From Octopus sinensis (lineage: Eukaryota), in assembly GCF_006345805.1 (NCBI RefSeq), contig NC_042999.1, positions 74,276,001-74,340,000 of the forward strand: a stretch of 64,000 nucleotides of DNA. The letters run 5' to 3'. This document shows, piece by piece, positions 13,591-25,034 of this stretch (its first letter is position 1; every line of letters starts with the position of its first letter). The notes below the pieces were generated by a model, which did no database searches, was not told where the DNA came from, and was given only the letters and a program-made list of their open reading frames with translations. A program made the translations under genes and the position numbers.

Positions 13591-13625
<35 letters not shown>

Positions 13626-13759
13626 TAGAGAGGGGGGAGGAGAGACAGAGAGTAGTGGTACATATGTATATTTGTACACATACACACACACACATACATA
13701 TCTGTATGTATGTATGTATGTATGTATGTATGTATGTATGTATGTATGTATATATATAT

Positions 13760-15050
13760 ATATATAGATAGATAAGAAAGTTTGTTTGGTAAAGCACGTG
13801 GGTGAATATATAAGAAAATAGTAAAGTGTGAAAAAACGACAGAAGGCTTAAATGTTAAAAAATATATATTTGTGTCAAAATGTCTGGAGAATATTGGAAA
13901 AATTTTTTTCCTTTCCTTAAAATGACATAATTTAAAAATTTTTAAAGAAATTACCGGTTTCGCGTGTAGCTTTTCAAATTTCTTGTGACGTTATGTTTAT
14001 ATTGCATGGAGTTATCGTTGTTTTTATTTCCAGGAGATTTCTAAATGAGGGGAGGTAGTGAGTGATTTCTTCCGGTGTAAGGGAGATAATCGCTTAAAAA
14101 TTTTTTTTCCCTTTTCCTTGTTAATTTCTCTGTGTCAGTATGTTCGGATGGTTGAGTCTGGGTTTGTACTTTTCAATGAAGAATGTTTCCTTGTTCAGTC
14201 TCATTTGTGTTGATGATCCGAAAGCACATTGGTAAAATGGGAAGATTAAAAATTGTGGCAGTAGTTGCTTTGCGCATTTCTCAATGTGCTCACTAAAAGG
14301 TATCATTCTATATTCTGGGAATGCAATCTGTTGTCGATGCAGTGTGCATCTACGCCTGAGTGATAGTCCCGTGGAACCCACGTAGTCTTGGTGGCAGCCC
14401 GAGCATTTAATAACATAAATTATGTTTTCAGAGGCACAAGTAAAGTTAGATTTGATCTTAAATTTCTGTCCCTCTTTAAAGAAGAATTCTGATCCTTCCA
14501 ATAGGTTAGGACATGTTGCACAGTTCGATCTACCACATTTTTTTACTTTTGCATCCGTAATTTTAGAAGACAATTTTGCCTTTGTGAGAATCTTTTTAAG
14601 TGATTTAGGCTGTTTGTAGCTTTTAATGATTTGGTGTATGTTTAGAATTTCCTTTAATTTTGGGTTTTTATGAAGTATTGGTAAATTCTGGGTGATGATG
14701 GTGAAGGCTTCTTTGTTTCTGGGGTTGTATGTAGATATGTAAGGTAGTATTTTCGGGAAAGGTGTGTTGTTGTGTTGAACTTTTCTTAAAGTTTCTATGT
14801 TGATTTCTGTTGCACGTCTGATCCCATCCTCTATGAGTTGAGCTGGGTAATGTCTGTCAATTAGGGTGTTTTTGAGTTCTTGCAGTCTAAAGTTCCTGGT
14901 ATTTTGTTCTGACACTATTGTGCATATCCTTCTTGCAAGGTTGAAGGGGATGTTTGTTTTAGTGTGTCTTGGGTGGCCTGAATTAAAAAGAAGGTATTGT
15001 TTGGCGTCTGTGGCTTTGTAAAAAATGTCTGTTTCTATTTTAAGGTTAAT
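13760..15050 (-). mobile_element. 5'-truncated Penelope-like element (RT thumb end + GIY-YIG endonuclease + 3' repeat)
   Basis: ORF 14121-14915: CGRSNCATC linker, NIIYVIKC...YVGSTG..LRRR...H, KETFFIEKYKPRLN; near-identical family member at 57030-58280. Confidence 0.9.
13945..13984 (-). ncRNA. Minimal type-I hammerhead ribozyme, U3-A8 core variant
   Basis: Minus strand AAGAAAT-TTGAAAA-GC(TACAC)GC-GAAA-CCGG-TA|ATTTCTT: 7-bp stem I, palindromic stem III, GUA triad; ~140 nt after the PLE stop codon. Confidence 0.75.
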
Positions 15051-15375
15051 TTTTTTTTTAAGGTTTAATTTTATATATATATATATAAGTTCAGCAAAAT
15101 TTAGATTCAGATGAATACGGTACTTAAGTTAAAGGCACCAGAATTTGGTATGGTATTATCCATATAAATCAAATGGGGTGATTATAATCAAAATAAGCAA
15201 CAAGGATATCCAAGGTAGTGTAGTACAATCGTTTCATGCTACTTCATTTTATTAAACACTGTAAGTATTACATCAGTTTTAAAATGCTCGACATTTTAAA
15301 ACTGATGTAATACTTAATAAAATGAAGTAGCATGAAACGATTGTACTACACTACCTTGGATATTGCTTATTTTGA

Positions 15376-15413
<38 letters not shown>

Positions 15414-15419
15414 CCTTTG

Positions 15420-16259
15420 CAAATAACCTTTGCATTTGATTTTTTAATGTCTCTACCCCCATATTTTCGTGAGTTGAATTGAGCAAACACTATATGAGAG
15501 AGGTTTTCTTTAAGTATTAGAAATAGTTTTTAAAAAGTTTTTTTAGCTGCTATTTCTAATGAGTTCAGTATGCGGCAAAGTAATTTATTTTACTAAGCCC
15601 TTTTATATAATGTAATAATTTGAATTCGCCTTAAATGGTCCCTTTGCATACTGAATACTTGGTGAAATTGATTAATTAATTAATTTTACCCTCAATTGTT
15701 GAAATTATAATTCATCTCTCTCTATATAATGCCTCGGATTTTACCGAAAAAAAGCATAGTGTTTGCTGATTTTAACCCACGTTGGTGGAAAGGGGAGAGC
15801 AGAAATTCTTCGCTTGCATTTTTGAGTTTGTTGGCACTGTTAGTTACGAGCAGATCTTCAGAAGCGATAAGAAGCCGAAAGGGTATGCTCCCACTTTCAG
15901 TGTTTTCAAATCCAAACCAGGAGTTCTGAGCTGATGATAGAAATGTCGAGTTTGACTAATCTTGAAACGTACGTTCTCAAATAACCTTTGCATTTGAGTT
16001 TTTAATGTCTCTACCCCCATATTTTCGTGAGTTGAATTGAGCAAACACTATATGAGAGAGGTTTTCTTTAAGTATTAGAAATAGTTTTTAAAAAGTTTTT
16101 TTAGCTGCTATTTCTAATGAGTTCAGTATGCGGCAAAGTAATTTATTTTACTAAGCCCTTTTATATAATGTAATAATTTGAATTCGCCTTAAATGGTCCC
16201 TTTGCATACTGAATACTTGGTGAAATTGATTAATTAATTAATTTTACCCTCAATTGTTG

Positions 16260-16267
<8 letters not shown>
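15420..16267 (+). mobile_element. Non-coding PLE-repeat/retrozyme-like element: 290-bp direct repeats (15420-15709, 15978-16267) with an HHR at the junction
   Basis: Repeats differ at one base that I could see; unit length 558 bp; flanked by (TA)n on both sides. Confidence 0.75.
15927..15979 (+). ncRNA. Type-I hammerhead ribozyme, canonical core
   Basis: TGAG-CTGATGA-[TAGAAATGTCGAGTTTGACTAATCTT]-GAAA-CGTACG-TT|CTCA; stem I TGAG/CTCA, palindromic stem III ACGTACGT; U-U mismatch at the base of stem II. Confidence 0.7.
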
Positions 16268-16308
<41 letters not shown>

Positions 16309-16309
16309 A

Positions 16310-16636
16310 GAATTCACCCAAAAAAAACAAAAGACAAAGACAGGTGGTGTAGACAACAAACAGATGTATTAGTATAACGCTCGGGAAGTGAAAAAGTCTT
16401 TAACGTTTCGAGCCTACGCTCTTCAACAGAAAGGAACACAGAAAGAAACAAGAAGAGAAAATAAAGAATGTGTAGTGGCTAGCGATCTATCATGGCGAAT
16501 GCCGGACAGAATGGTCACGCAGGGGAGCTAGGGAGAAGGGAAGATAATAAAGTAGTGTTGATTCCAAAACGAAGGTGCGCGTGCGTGTGTATAAGAGAGT
16601 TTGTATGTGCATGTGGAAGAGGGCTGGTGAATTGAC

Positions 16637-16667
<31 letters not shown>

Positions 16668-19040
16668 GGTGTGAAAATGTGGGTCTGGATAGTGGTCAGT
16701 GCTGATGTGTGCGTAGTAGTGTGTTGTGATATATGTTGTGTGGTATGGTGGTGTATGGTGTAGTGGTGTGTGGTGTGGTGTGATGGTGTTCGGTGGTGGG
16801 GGAGGCGAGAATAGAGAAAGCAAGGATGGAGTGTGGATTAGGCTGAGGGTGGGGTAGAGCTGGCTATGTGTGTAGGCAGAGGGTGGGGTAGAGGTGGTCG
16901 TATGTGGGAGTGGGTGTAAGGGATGGGGAAGGATAGGGAAGGTGGGGTAGAATTTGTAGGGGTGGGGTGGGGTGGGCTTACGAGGAAGGGGTGACGATGA
17001 GGAGGAAGGAGAAGGTGGAGAGGAGTGAAGAGAAGAGAGAAGGAGAGTGGGAGTGAAAAGAAGTTGGAGTCGGATCAAGAGTGGAGAGGTGGGTGGGAGG
17101 AAGTAATGTGAGGAGGAGAGAGGCGAGGAGAGGAGGTTAGATGAAGAGGGGAGAAGAGTTGAGCCCATGTGGCGCAAAGGAACAAAGAGAGAAGATTAAT
17201 GCTTGTTCACGGCGCAAACGAGAGCCCGGATGGCGCCTGTGCAAGGAAATCCAAACACGGACAGGTGTTGCAAAGAGTGACCGGTAGAACAGAAATGGTG
17301 CGAGACCGAGGTGTCATTGCCGAGTCGGATGTCACGGAAGTGTTCCGCGAACCGGTCAGCCAAGCGGCGTCCCGTTTGCCCGCTGTATAGAGAAGGGCAG
17401 AGAGAGCAGGAGATGCAGTAGATGATATTGGTAGAAGTGCAGGTGAAGGAATCGGTGATGTGATAGGGTCGATGATGGGTGCCGGTGAGGAGGGTGGTGT
17501 TGGAGAGGTAAGGGAAAGAGCGGCAGCGTGGGCGGGAGCAGGAGAACGAGCCGGGTTGGGAGGTTGGGTTAAGAAAGAAGGTGTGGATCTAGAGGTCTCG
17601 TAGGCTGTGGGCTCGTTTGAAGGAAGGGAGGGGTCGGTTAGGGAAAATGTGCGAAGTAGAGGGATCGGACTGGAGTCGCCAGAAGGCTCGGAGAATGGTG
17701 CGTTGGCGAGGTAAGGTGGCGGGGTGGTAGGTGAGGGGAAATGGGAGGCGGAAGACGGTAGGGGCGGGTTCGGGGGGAGATAGCAGATGCACGGTCCATG
17801 GAACGTGCTCTGGCAAGGGCAGTGTGGATAGTGGTGAGAGAATATCCACGTAGGATGAAGTGGCGAGCCATGAGTTGAGACTGAGTCTCAAAGTCATGGT
17901 CGTCACTACAGAGCCTGCATAGACGGGGGAATTGGGAATAGAGGATGGAAAGCTTGGTGTGTTTAGGGTGGGAGGAAGAGAATTTTAGGTATGGGTGTGA
18001 GTCTGTATAATTGTAGTGAATGGAGGTGGTGAGAGTGGAGTGATGAATGATGACCGAAATGTCAAGAAAGGAGACAGAGGTGTCAGAGATATTACAGAAG
18101 TGAAGGGCAGAATGGAAAGGTTTGACAAAAGAGAGGAAGGAGTCTAGTGGTTCGCGGGAGAGTGAGGTTGCACCGAAACAGTCGTCAATATAACGGCCAT
18201 ATAGTTCGGGAGTGGGACCAGTGAAACTCGAGAATATTTGGGCCTCAACGTAACCAACGTAACCATAGTTGGGGCCCATTCTCGTTCCCATGGCCACTTC
18301 CGAGAACTATTGGTAGAAATCACCCGTGAACGAGAAGCAGTTGAGTGAGAAGACAAGTTCAGCCAGACGAACGAGTGTGGATTTGTCAGGTTGGGGGTTG
18401 GGTCGAAGATCAAGGAAATGTTGGAGTGCAAGCAGCCCCTTGTGGTGAGGGATCACCGTGTAAAGGCTCCGGATGTCGAGAGTAAAGAGAAGTTTAGAGG
18501 GGCCAGGAGGGAAGGAGAAAGAGTTCAACAAACGAAGCGCGTGGTTGGTGTCATGGATGTGAGAGGGGAGGAAAGCCACTAGGGGGCAAGGACACAGTCA
18601 AAATATCTGGAGATGAGTTCGGTCGCGTAGTTGCATGCGGATATAATGGGGCGGCCAGGGTTGTTAGGTTTGTGGATTTGGGGGAGGAAGTAAATGGTGG
18701 GGTTGCAAGGGGTGCGGACAATGAGGTTGGAGGCGGTGGAGGGGAGACGGGAGGAGGAGATGATGTCATGGATAGTGGAGGACACAGTCTGTTGGTAGCT
18801 GGGCGTGGGGTCAGAGGGCAGAGGGCAGTAGAAGGAGGTGTCTTGAAGTTGGCGGAGAGCTTCGGCTTTGTAAAGGTCCGCGCGCCACACCACGGTTCCA
18901 CACATGTCGGCCGGTTTTATGATGATGCTAATATGGCGTCCGAGACATCGAAGGGCTGAGAGTTCGGTTGGGGAGATTTTTAGATAACGGGGACGCCTGG
19001 AAAAGTTATACCGGTCCGCAGCGCGCTGGCAGGCGCCCAC
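16310..19040 (-). mobile_element. Degraded Penelope-like element with RT, GIY-YIG, low-complexity 3' tract and terminal repeat
   Basis: IIIKPAD, YFLPQIHKPNNPGRPIIS, AMGTRMGPNY, YGRYIDDCFG, SFLDISV, SSHPKHTK; GIY-YIG NIIYCI...LYTAGQTGRRLADRF; frameshifted; family copies at 50340 and 54030. Confidence 0.9.
16398..16433 (-). ncRNA. Hammerhead-like motif (CUGUUGA variant) in PLE terminal repeat
   Basis: Minus strand CTTT-CTGTTGA-AGAGC(GTAG)GCTC-GAAA-CG-TT|AAAG; A6 replaced by U, so activity is doubtful. Confidence 0.45.
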
Positions 19041-19049
19041 TAGGTTTGA

Positions 19050-19485
19050 AAATGCACCAGAATCTAAGAACGCGTAGTTTTTAAATCTTGTAATAGATTT
19101 ATTCACACACCAAATTGGTTGCTTATTTGGTTGCTCGGGTTTGTTTCGACCCTTTAGAATTGGAATTTTTGAAAAGTAAAAATTTTGCGTTATGTAGCTT
19201 ATTATTCTCTTTAAGTGAACCTTTTTCTGGTTCAAATACACCAAAAAACGGCGACACAGCAGTCAAAAAATCGTAAAAAATAGGGATTTTCATAGAAAAA
19301 AAGCACCTTTTGATATAAATAATTTTGGGTCTTAACATGGTCCGATTTGAAATTTTTCTTCAACGGAAGGAAGAGCAAGCCTTCTTCTATCATACTCTCA
19401 ATATTTTGGTCAACTTGCGTCGCAGGGTCTCGGAGGAGATAGTGTAAGTTGAAGGCTACCAAACCTACCATGCACAGACAACTTC

Positions 19486-19490
<5 letters not shown>
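19050..19490 (+). mobile_element. Possible Helentron-associated (HINE-like) element 3' part
   Basis: Ends CACAGACAACTTCAAC(TA)n, resembling the end of 21532-22057; no coding signal. Confidence 0.4.
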
Positions 19491-19544
<54 letters not shown>

Positions 19545-19559
19545 ACACACATAAAAGGG

Positions 19560-19850
19560 TAAAGGGTAAAGACCCCCTTCGGTCAGGCACTGACCATGGG
19601 TTTGCACCTAGAGAGATACCCTCTGAGGCACAAGTCTGGGCAAGGTTGTTTTATGGAAGACCAGCAGTCGCCCATGCATACCGGCCTCCCCTCTCCACGT
19701 CACCGATGTTGTCCAAGGGAAAGGCAAGGGCCGATACAGCTTGGCACCTGTGACGTCGCAACTCATTTCTACAGCTGAGTGAACTGGAGCAACGTGAAAT
19801 AAAGTGCCTTGCTCAAGAACACAACACGCAGCCCCGTCCGGGATTCGAGC
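19560..19850 (-). mobile_element. SINE (CORE/Meta-like), head truncated
   Basis: Minus strand TTCTTGAGCAAGGCACTT...CACTCAGCTGTAGAAATG; homologous to 34290-34610 and 5350-5430. Confidence 0.75.
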
Positions 19851-20126
19851 TTATGTGTAAATTATATATATATAATTTACACACATAAGAGATGGCCATA
19901 ATACAGAAAAGATAGGGTAAACGATTTTATTTCTCTTTCCATTTCAGAATTACAACTGTTAGTGGTTTGGAGTTTAACTGCTCTTTCTAGTGAGCCAGAT
20001 GTCCTATTATGGCCATCTCTTATGTGTTTAAATGTATATTATATAGTCTATTGATTATTTTTTCTTTCTCACTAGACCACTGGTAGCGGAGAATTTTTCT
20101 AAAATTTTTTGCTACCCTAAAATTTA

Positions 20127-20191
<65 letters not shown>

Positions 20192-20221
20192 GCGAGAAAG
20201 AAGCAACAAGAATGGATAGGT

Positions 20222-20312
20222 TTTTAGTACGATCGTTTCATACAAGGACAGGTTTTATTAAAAGTTGCAAAGATTATAGCATATAAACGAGTCCCGTACT
20301 CATCAGCTAAAA
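20222..20312 (-). ncRNA. Type-I hammerhead ribozyme with intact core and extended stem II
   Basis: Minus strand TTTTAG-CTGATGA-GTACGGGAC...GTCCTTGTAT-GAAA-CGATCG-TA|CTAAAA. Confidence 0.8.
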
Positions 20313-21237
20313 TACATGTGAGTTCTCTAGACATCCTAGTGTTTGAGGCTATACTCATGAAGTAATGTAGATAATTAAGTAACATAAACAGATTTCTAAA
20401 GTTCATTAAAGTTCTTTAAAGATGATGTACAGTCTTATCACAGAATTTAAAAAAAGTTTTGATAGCATCACAGAGAAGGTGACCTAATCCATATGAATTT
20501 CCATAGATATGATGAGGGATTATATACTCACAGAAGACAAATTTATCCATTGTTAATTACAACGAGGTGGGTCTCAATTCCTGCTTATTAGCATTACAGA
20601 GAGGGTGAATTAATCCTTTGTATAGATGCACAAATTCCAATGGTGTAGATGTAAATTTCCAGAGAAATGGAGATGAATTTCATATTCACAGGCGATAAAT
20701 CACATTACTGCTATTCACAAGAGGCTGTAGCTATTTAGCTACTAAATAGCTACAGCCTCTTGTGAATAGCAGTAATGTGATTAATGTGGCAAATACCTAA
20801 TCATATAACAAGGATTGATACCTACCTCATTGTGTTCAACCATTGAAAAATTTATCGCCTGTGAATATGAAATTCATCTCCATTTCTCTGGAAATTTACA
20901 TCTACACCATTGGAATTTGTGCATCTATACAAAGGATTAATTCACCCTCTCTGTAATGCTAATAAGCAGGAATTGAGACCCACCTCGTTGTAATTAACAA
21001 TGGATAAATTTGTCTTCTGTGAGTATATAATCCCTCATCATATCTATGGAAATTCATATGGATTAGGTCACCTTCTCTGTGATGCTATCAAAACTTTTTT
21101 TAAATTCTGTGATAAGACTGTACATCATCTTTAAAGAACTTTAATGAACTTTAGAAATCTGTTTATGTTACTTAATTATCTACATTACTTCATGAGTATA
21201 GCCTCAAACACTAGGATGTCTAGAGAACTCACATGTA

Positions 21238-21328
21238 TTTTAGCTGATGAGTACGGGACTCGTTTATATGCTGTAATCTTTGCAACTTTTAATAAAACCT
21301 GTCCTTGTATGAAATGATCGTACTAAAA
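21238..21328 (+). ncRNA. Type-I hammerhead ribozyme (second arm copy, sense to host gene)
   Basis: TTTTAG-CTGATGA-GTAC...GTAT-GAAA-TGATCG-TA|CTAAAA; the single stem III change gives a U-G wobble. Confidence 0.78.
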
Positions 21329-21476
21329 ACCTATCCATTCTTGTTGCTTCTTTCTCGCTTATAATCACCCCACATTACTGTATTGTTAAATCAGTATAGT
21401 TTTTTTTTGGTGCATCTAAGTTAGGTACCATATTCAAGTAAATTCATTTAAATTAACTTGAATCTTTATTGCTCTT

Positions 21477-21530
<54 letters not shown>

Positions 21531-21531
21531 A

Positions 21532-22057
21532 TACTAGCAGCATAGCCCGGCATTGCCCGGGTATGTAAGAGCCCCTGGAGCAGACATGATGCTCGCTGTG
21601 AATTTTTAAAAAATTCCTGCCAATTTGAGAAAGATATTGTCGAAAATATGTCATCTTGGATTTGAACGCGATTTCCCAAAATTGCATGATTTTATCGATT
21701 TTTTCTGATGTTAAGGTATTGCATGGAAAACTAACGTCAGAATTAAGTTTCTTAGGGTAACATTAAGCTTCACCATGAGTTTGGTGAAAATCGATTGTAA
21801 GTTGCGAAAACTACAACAGTAAATGTGTTGCAAATAAAAAGCTTAGATTCTCGACCCCATGTCGAATTTATCGATTCTTTTCAGAACTGGGGGAACTTTT
21901 CAAAATTTTCGCTGCGTTAGTTTTGAAGTATGGCATTGGGCTATGTGTGTGTCAAGTTTCATCAGAATCGGTTGAAAGCTGTGGTCAGGGTGAGGGTACA
22001 ACCTGACAGGCACACAGACACACAGACAGACAAACTGCCGTTTATATAGAGAGAGAT
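21532..22057 (+). mobile_element. Helentron-associated non-autonomous element (HINE/DINE-1-like)
   Basis: 5' TACTAGC + CCCGG-CATTGC-CCGGG hairpin; 3' (CAGA)n then TTTATATAGAGAGAGAT. Confidence 0.65.
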
Positions 22058-22239
22058 AAAATGAGATAGGGGTTGTAAATTCAACCCTCCATGGGATAAC
22101 ATATATCCAATATACTGCTAGAGAAGTACCCAACAAAGCTAATACATAAATGTTAAAAATTGCGATGCAATTAATTCATTTACTGTATTAGGTGGGCAAA
22201 GGTAAAATTATTTTTACCGTAAATTAATAATACAAAATG

Positions 22240-22900
22240 AGAAAATGGAGAAATATATCTAAATCAATCATCAACTGTCAGATAGCACCGAATCATATAC
22301 TTTATTAAAACACTACACAATAGCAATGATATTATACATAAATACAGTACAATAATTACAATCAATATGGTGAAATATAACTAAATAAATATAACAAGAC
22401 ATAAAAATACATTTACATTGTAGCTGACAGCTGTTTCGGCCATGAAGACAGGTATGTCTCATTTAACCTATTAGCCATAAATGCAGGTATAAATGAGACA
22501 TTAACAAGAATATCTTACGGCCTCTTCAGAGATTCTAATGCAAGTATGAGTATATATATATATATATATATATAATTAATATTCCAAGTTTTATCCTTAT
22601 TATTTAAATTTATATATATATATACATGCGTGTTATTCTTTTTTCTTTTAAAGTTTATGGAGATATCGTCCTGGGAGATAATGACTTAGTTAAAGTTTAT
22701 TATAGAGGTGGATGGTCATCTATTTGCGTATCAGGAAACTTCGCAGTTCAATCTCAAGTTGTGTGTCGCAGTTTCGGTCAAAAGTAAGTAATACAGTATT
22801 TCTTTACATGTAGAATATGACAATAGATATGTTTTTCCAGTATTGAAAGATCTATGTTTGTTGTCTGCCGCTAATCGTTGTAATTAAACAATCACATCAA
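22240..22900 (-). mobile_element. Decayed PLE 3' end with terminal repeat
   Basis: TTATCTCCC motif at ~22675 (minus), HHR downstream, 22240-22540 homologous to 56280-56610. Confidence 0.6.
22422..22533 (-). ncRNA. Type-I hammerhead ribozyme with long stem II hairpin
   Basis: Minus strand ATCT-CTGAAGA-GGCC...ATGTCTCATTTA...TAAATGAGACAT...GGCC-GAAA-CAGCTG-TC|AGCT; stem I has a mismatch. Confidence 0.65.
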
Positions 22901-24753
22901 AGTTAATGCCATGATATTCTGTGCCCTAGGCCAGTCATATATAGTATGCCTTTTCACCCCCACCTTACAATGTGTATCCTCTCCTGATCCTACAACGATC
23001 TCCCACTATCCTTTCTTTTCAATGAGTTGCCTCCTCTCCTGCTCTGAAATAAGTGCTCCTTCTCCCAAAGCTATAATGTGCACCCTTTCCCCCCAGCATA
23101 TATTAACATCCCTTTTAACAAATGTGTCTCTAATTTCCTTCAGTCATTACCCTCTTCTTATTATAGTGCTTAATGCAGTTGAAAAGTTATGTCCAACTTC
23201 TACACAAAAATATCTATGGTTTAATTATCATGCATGTAAAATTTAATTCAAAGACTAAATTTGTTATCAGCCAAATTTTAAATGTTTCATGCCAGAGACA
23301 AGGAGTATCGTCTTTAAAATTTGTGTTGGTAGGAGGTCAGTAGCTTGTATTTATCAGTTTATCAAGACACAAACCTGGAATGCTTATAACAAAACTCAAA
23401 GCATTTTGCAATCAAGTGTTTCAAAATTAAAAATGCTGGTTTTGTTGAGACATGTGTAGAGCACTTTCTTCTATATGGAGCATAAAGCTGGACTACGAAG
23501 ATTGCTATGACAGTATATACATAAAGCTTCTTATGAAAGCTCAAAATATCTCATAGCATAAGCATTAGATCAAAGAAGATACTTATGAACATGCTCACCC
23601 ATCTTTCTTATTGTATTGCAAAACTCAGTTCATATCAAATGTTATATTTTGGAGAAGCCCACGCCCTAATAGAAGATGAAAAATCACTCAATTATATTGA
23701 TATTATTGTTAGAGATGCACAATATGAACTTGAGGATTCGTGAAAGGTAATAGTGGACAAACATTCTTGGTGTAGCATGGTACAGTGCATCTCAGTTATG
23801 ACCACTCAAACTTAAAGAAGGAGGAGGAGGAGGAGGAGGAGGAATAACCCTTCTTGTGAGAAAATGGGGATGACAGATTGAACTTACATTTAATTCAAAG
23901 GGTTAGTCTTGTCACATTGTCATGCTAAAAACACCTCAGAATTACATTAAAAGTACATGTGACTGGAATATTCAGCAACATTCAGTATAATACCACAAGA
24001 AGATCTAGAGATCAAACCACTAGGACAGTGATTACCATAACCAATGTATTGACCAACTGGTTGATCTGATTTCCGCTTTCATTTAAACCTGCATCATTTC
24101 ACTTGGGCCAGTAATAATACATAAATATTATATATCTGTATTTCTTTTAGTTTCCATCTACCACAGCCACTCAAAAGCTCTTAGTCTACCCTGGTCTATA
24201 ATAGAAGTCACCTGAGCAAGTGCCAGACATTGAAACTGAACCTTAAGATACGTGTGTAGGAAGTAAACTTCTTAACCACGCAAGAGTGCGTGTATGTGCG
24301 TGCGTGTGTGCGTGCGTGCGTGTGTGCGTGCGTGCGTGTGTGTGTGTGATGAAAAATTGCAAAAGCATTTCTTAATTATGACATACGATATACTGAGTGA
24401 AATTATTGGCAACATTGATTTGACTGTGACCTCAGGGTTCACCCTTAATGGCTTATCCATATCATATATATTATTGCGTCTGGGCAGAATCAATCTATTT
24501 TAGTGCCTTATTACTTAACATTCTCACCAGTTCGATTTCCACTCATTTACTTAGTCGTTGACATTTGAAAAGGTTGCAAGACGCACCGAAAATTTTAGAA
24601 AAAGTATATAAGTAAATGAGTGGAAATTGAACTGATGAGTTCTTTAAGTAGTAAGGTACTAAAAGAAAATCATTCTATCTTAACACAATAAAATATGCTT
24701 CAACACACGAATTCATATAATCTTACAAACCAAATACAAAAATTATATATACA

Positions 24754-24789
<36 letters not shown>

Positions 24790-24864
24790 TGTATGTATGT
24801 ATGTATGTATGTATGTATGTATGTATGTATGCTTGTATGTATGTATGTATGTATACATGTATAT

Positions 24865-25010
24865 ATCATCATCTTCATCATTGTTTAACATCCGCCATCC
24901 ATGCTGGCATGGGTCGGACGGTTTCATAGGAGCTGGCCAAGAAAAGGCCTGCACCAGATTTTTGTTTTGCTAGGGCTTTTGGGGGGGCTAGATGCACTTC
25001 CTAACACCAA
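24865..25010 (-). mobile_element. (GAT)n-tailed RTE-related SINE/LINE 3' end fragment
   Basis: (CAT)n TTTAACATCCGCCATCCATGCTGGCATGG...CTTCCTAACACCAACC; family at 28391, 30190, 33895, 50030. Confidence 0.7.
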
Positions 25011-25034
25011 CCACCCAAAACTAGGAAAATTTTG

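Larger units (their letters stand above)
20192..21358. repeat. Large fold-back: 509-bp inverted arms (20192-20700 / 20850-21358) around a 41-bp-arm perfect hairpin and a 67-nt spacer
   Basis: Arms are reverse complements with 2 visible mismatches; inner hairpin 20698-20782 with loop CTA. Confidence 0.95.

Noticed and set aside
16515-17177. Pro/His/Thr-rich 220-aa ORF and similar low-complexity ORFs (53826, 54790, YI/CV/TH-repeat ORFs)
   Set aside because: Translations of microsatellites and PLE pyrimidine tracts with no domain signal.
18579-19244. 221-aa ORF as a novel gene
   Set aside because: Chance read-through from a non-coding repeat into the PLE RT fragment.
23705-23747. Candidate extra exon of the MAM gene
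   Set aside because: It would end in phase 2, incompatible with the phase-1 acceptor at 32996, and has no domain similarity.
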